A DNA stretch of 64,000 nt from Occultella glacieicola. Lineage in GTDB: Bacteria; Actinomycetota; Actinomycetes; Actinomycetales; Beutenbergiaceae. Shown piece by piece: positions 63,096 through 64,000 of the stretch. The position numbers and the translations under genes are program-made. A model generated the notes under the pieces. The model saw nothing but the letters and a program-made list of their open reading frames with translations. It did not search any database and was not told the DNA's origin. Location: positions 1-64,000 of the forward strand of contig NZ_SMNA01000009.1 in NCBI RefSeq assembly GCF_004353825.1, in the 5' to 3' direction. The stretch's first letter is position 1, and each line of letters begins with the position of its first letter.

Positions 63096-63614
63096 ATGCC
63101 GAACAAGACGATCTATGTCTCCGACGCCGACCTGCCCCTCTACGAGCGGGCGCAGGAACTCGTCGGGGGCAACCTCTCCCAGGCGATCGTCAAAGCCCTG
63201 CGCCGGTACGTCGACGTCGAGGAGGGCAAGGACGAGGGCTTCGAGGAGATCACCGTCCGGGTCGGCCCCGGTAAGGGGAAGCGCCAACGCTTCCTCGGCG
63301 TGCTGCTCGTCGAGTGGGGCCGGTCCACGAAGGACCGGGTGTACAAGTACAACGTGTATCGCAGCCGGACCGGCAAGTACGTGGTCCACGAGGAACGCTC
63401 GCCCGAACAGATCTGGACCGCCGGCGCCGACGGTCAGGCCAAGGGATGGCGCAAGCACGTCAGCCAGGACCAGGCCTGGGGCACCACGGCTGCCACCGCC
63501 GTCCTCGAGATCTTCGATGACCTGGACGCCCTTCGCCCGAAGGTCCCGGCCCAGCTCTACGAGCTGGTCGCCGCCACCGCCGCACTGCCCGAGGTCGAGG
63601 ACCTCGACATCTGA
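63096..63614 (+). CDS. EXLDI family protein
   Basis: MPNKTIYVSDADL RHH-like N-terminus; ends EDLDI. Confidence 0.88.
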   Translation: MPNKTIYVSDADLPLYERAQELVGGNLSQAIVKALRRYVDVEEGKDEGFEEITVRVGPGKGKRQRFLGVLLVEWGRSTKDRVYKYNVYRSRTGKYVVHEERSPEQIWTAGADGQAKGWRKHVSQDQAWGTTAATAVLEIFDDLDALRPKVPAQLYELVAATAALPEVEDLDI

Positions 63615-63646
63615 GTTCGCCGGGGGATAGGCCCCGGCGCACCACC

Positions 63647-63717
63647 CACGCCCGACGGGCGGGCGCGAGCCTGCCCGGCAACGCGCGCACGCCCGACGGG
63701 CGGGCGCGAGCCTGCCC
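63647..63717 (+). repeat. Two identical 30-bp hairpin-forming direct repeats
   Basis: CACGCCCGACGGGCGGGCGCGAGCCTGCCC at 63647-63676 and 63688-63717. Confidence 0.85.
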
Positions 63718-63806
63718 ACCCCACCACCTCGCGAGGTGGGACGGCCATGCCACCACGACATCCGCCGTCGGCCATCGACGCGCCGGACGAACCAAGGAGA
63801 CCCCAG

Positions 63807-64000
63807 ATGACCACCACCGGTACGGACCGACCCCCCGCCATCCAGGTCAAGGGCCTGGAGAAGTCCTACAAGGACCTGCAGGTGCTCCGTGGCGTCGACC
63901 TCGATGTCGCGCCCGGAAGCATCTTCGCCCTGCTCGGCTCGAACGGGGCGGGCAAGACCACGATCGTGCGGATCCTCGCCACCCTGCTGCGCGGGGATGC
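63807..64000 (+). CDS. ABC ATP-binding protein (DrrA-like), truncated by the window end
   Basis: AAGGAG RBS; MTTT...LEKSY...LLGSNGAGKTT. Confidence 0.88.
   Translation, partial: MTTTGTDRPPAIQVKGLEKSYKDLQVLRGVDLDVAPGSIFALLGSNGAGKTTIVRILATLLRGD

Noticed and set aside
63647..63717. Possible mini-CRISPR
   Set aside because: Only two repeats with an 11-nt spacer; no cas genes or leader

Overview
High-GC actinobacterial chromosome segment; gene content and order suggest Micrococcales (inference). It opens with the 3' half of a 5S rRNA and its terminator. Next is the conserved post-rrn cluster: repeat-rich TPR-like protein, HAD-IIA, tlyA, nadK, recN, steA, steB, an MraY-like/MurJ-like/GT4 trio, pyrG and NUDIX. 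Then come the COX15/ABC genes divergent from a full sufR-B-D-Fdx-C-S-U-T operon, a decayed patch plus a RaaS-like TetR/ABC cassette, and ABC-F, SURF1, fabG-fabI, sixA, serB. These are followed by a doubly frameshifted AbiEi/DUF559-type gene bracketed by REP-like repeats, glgC/glgA, NfeD-SPFH, a heterodimeric ABC exporter, a GT, TrmH, a kinase-like gene and a peptide ABC importer. The window ends with an RHH-like protein, a barstar-like domain in frame with a 5'-3' exonuclease, metH and an EXLDI-ABC module cut by the edge. It is mostly housekeeping, with no CRISPR, tRNA, transposase or phage gene seen. The best candidates for undescribed biology are the REP-flanked AbiEi/DUF559 cassette, the steAB-linked lipid-carrier glycosylation trio, the barstar-exonuclease read-through, and several operator-like sites. 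Many genes look leaderless. Family assignments come from motif recognition, not from database searches.
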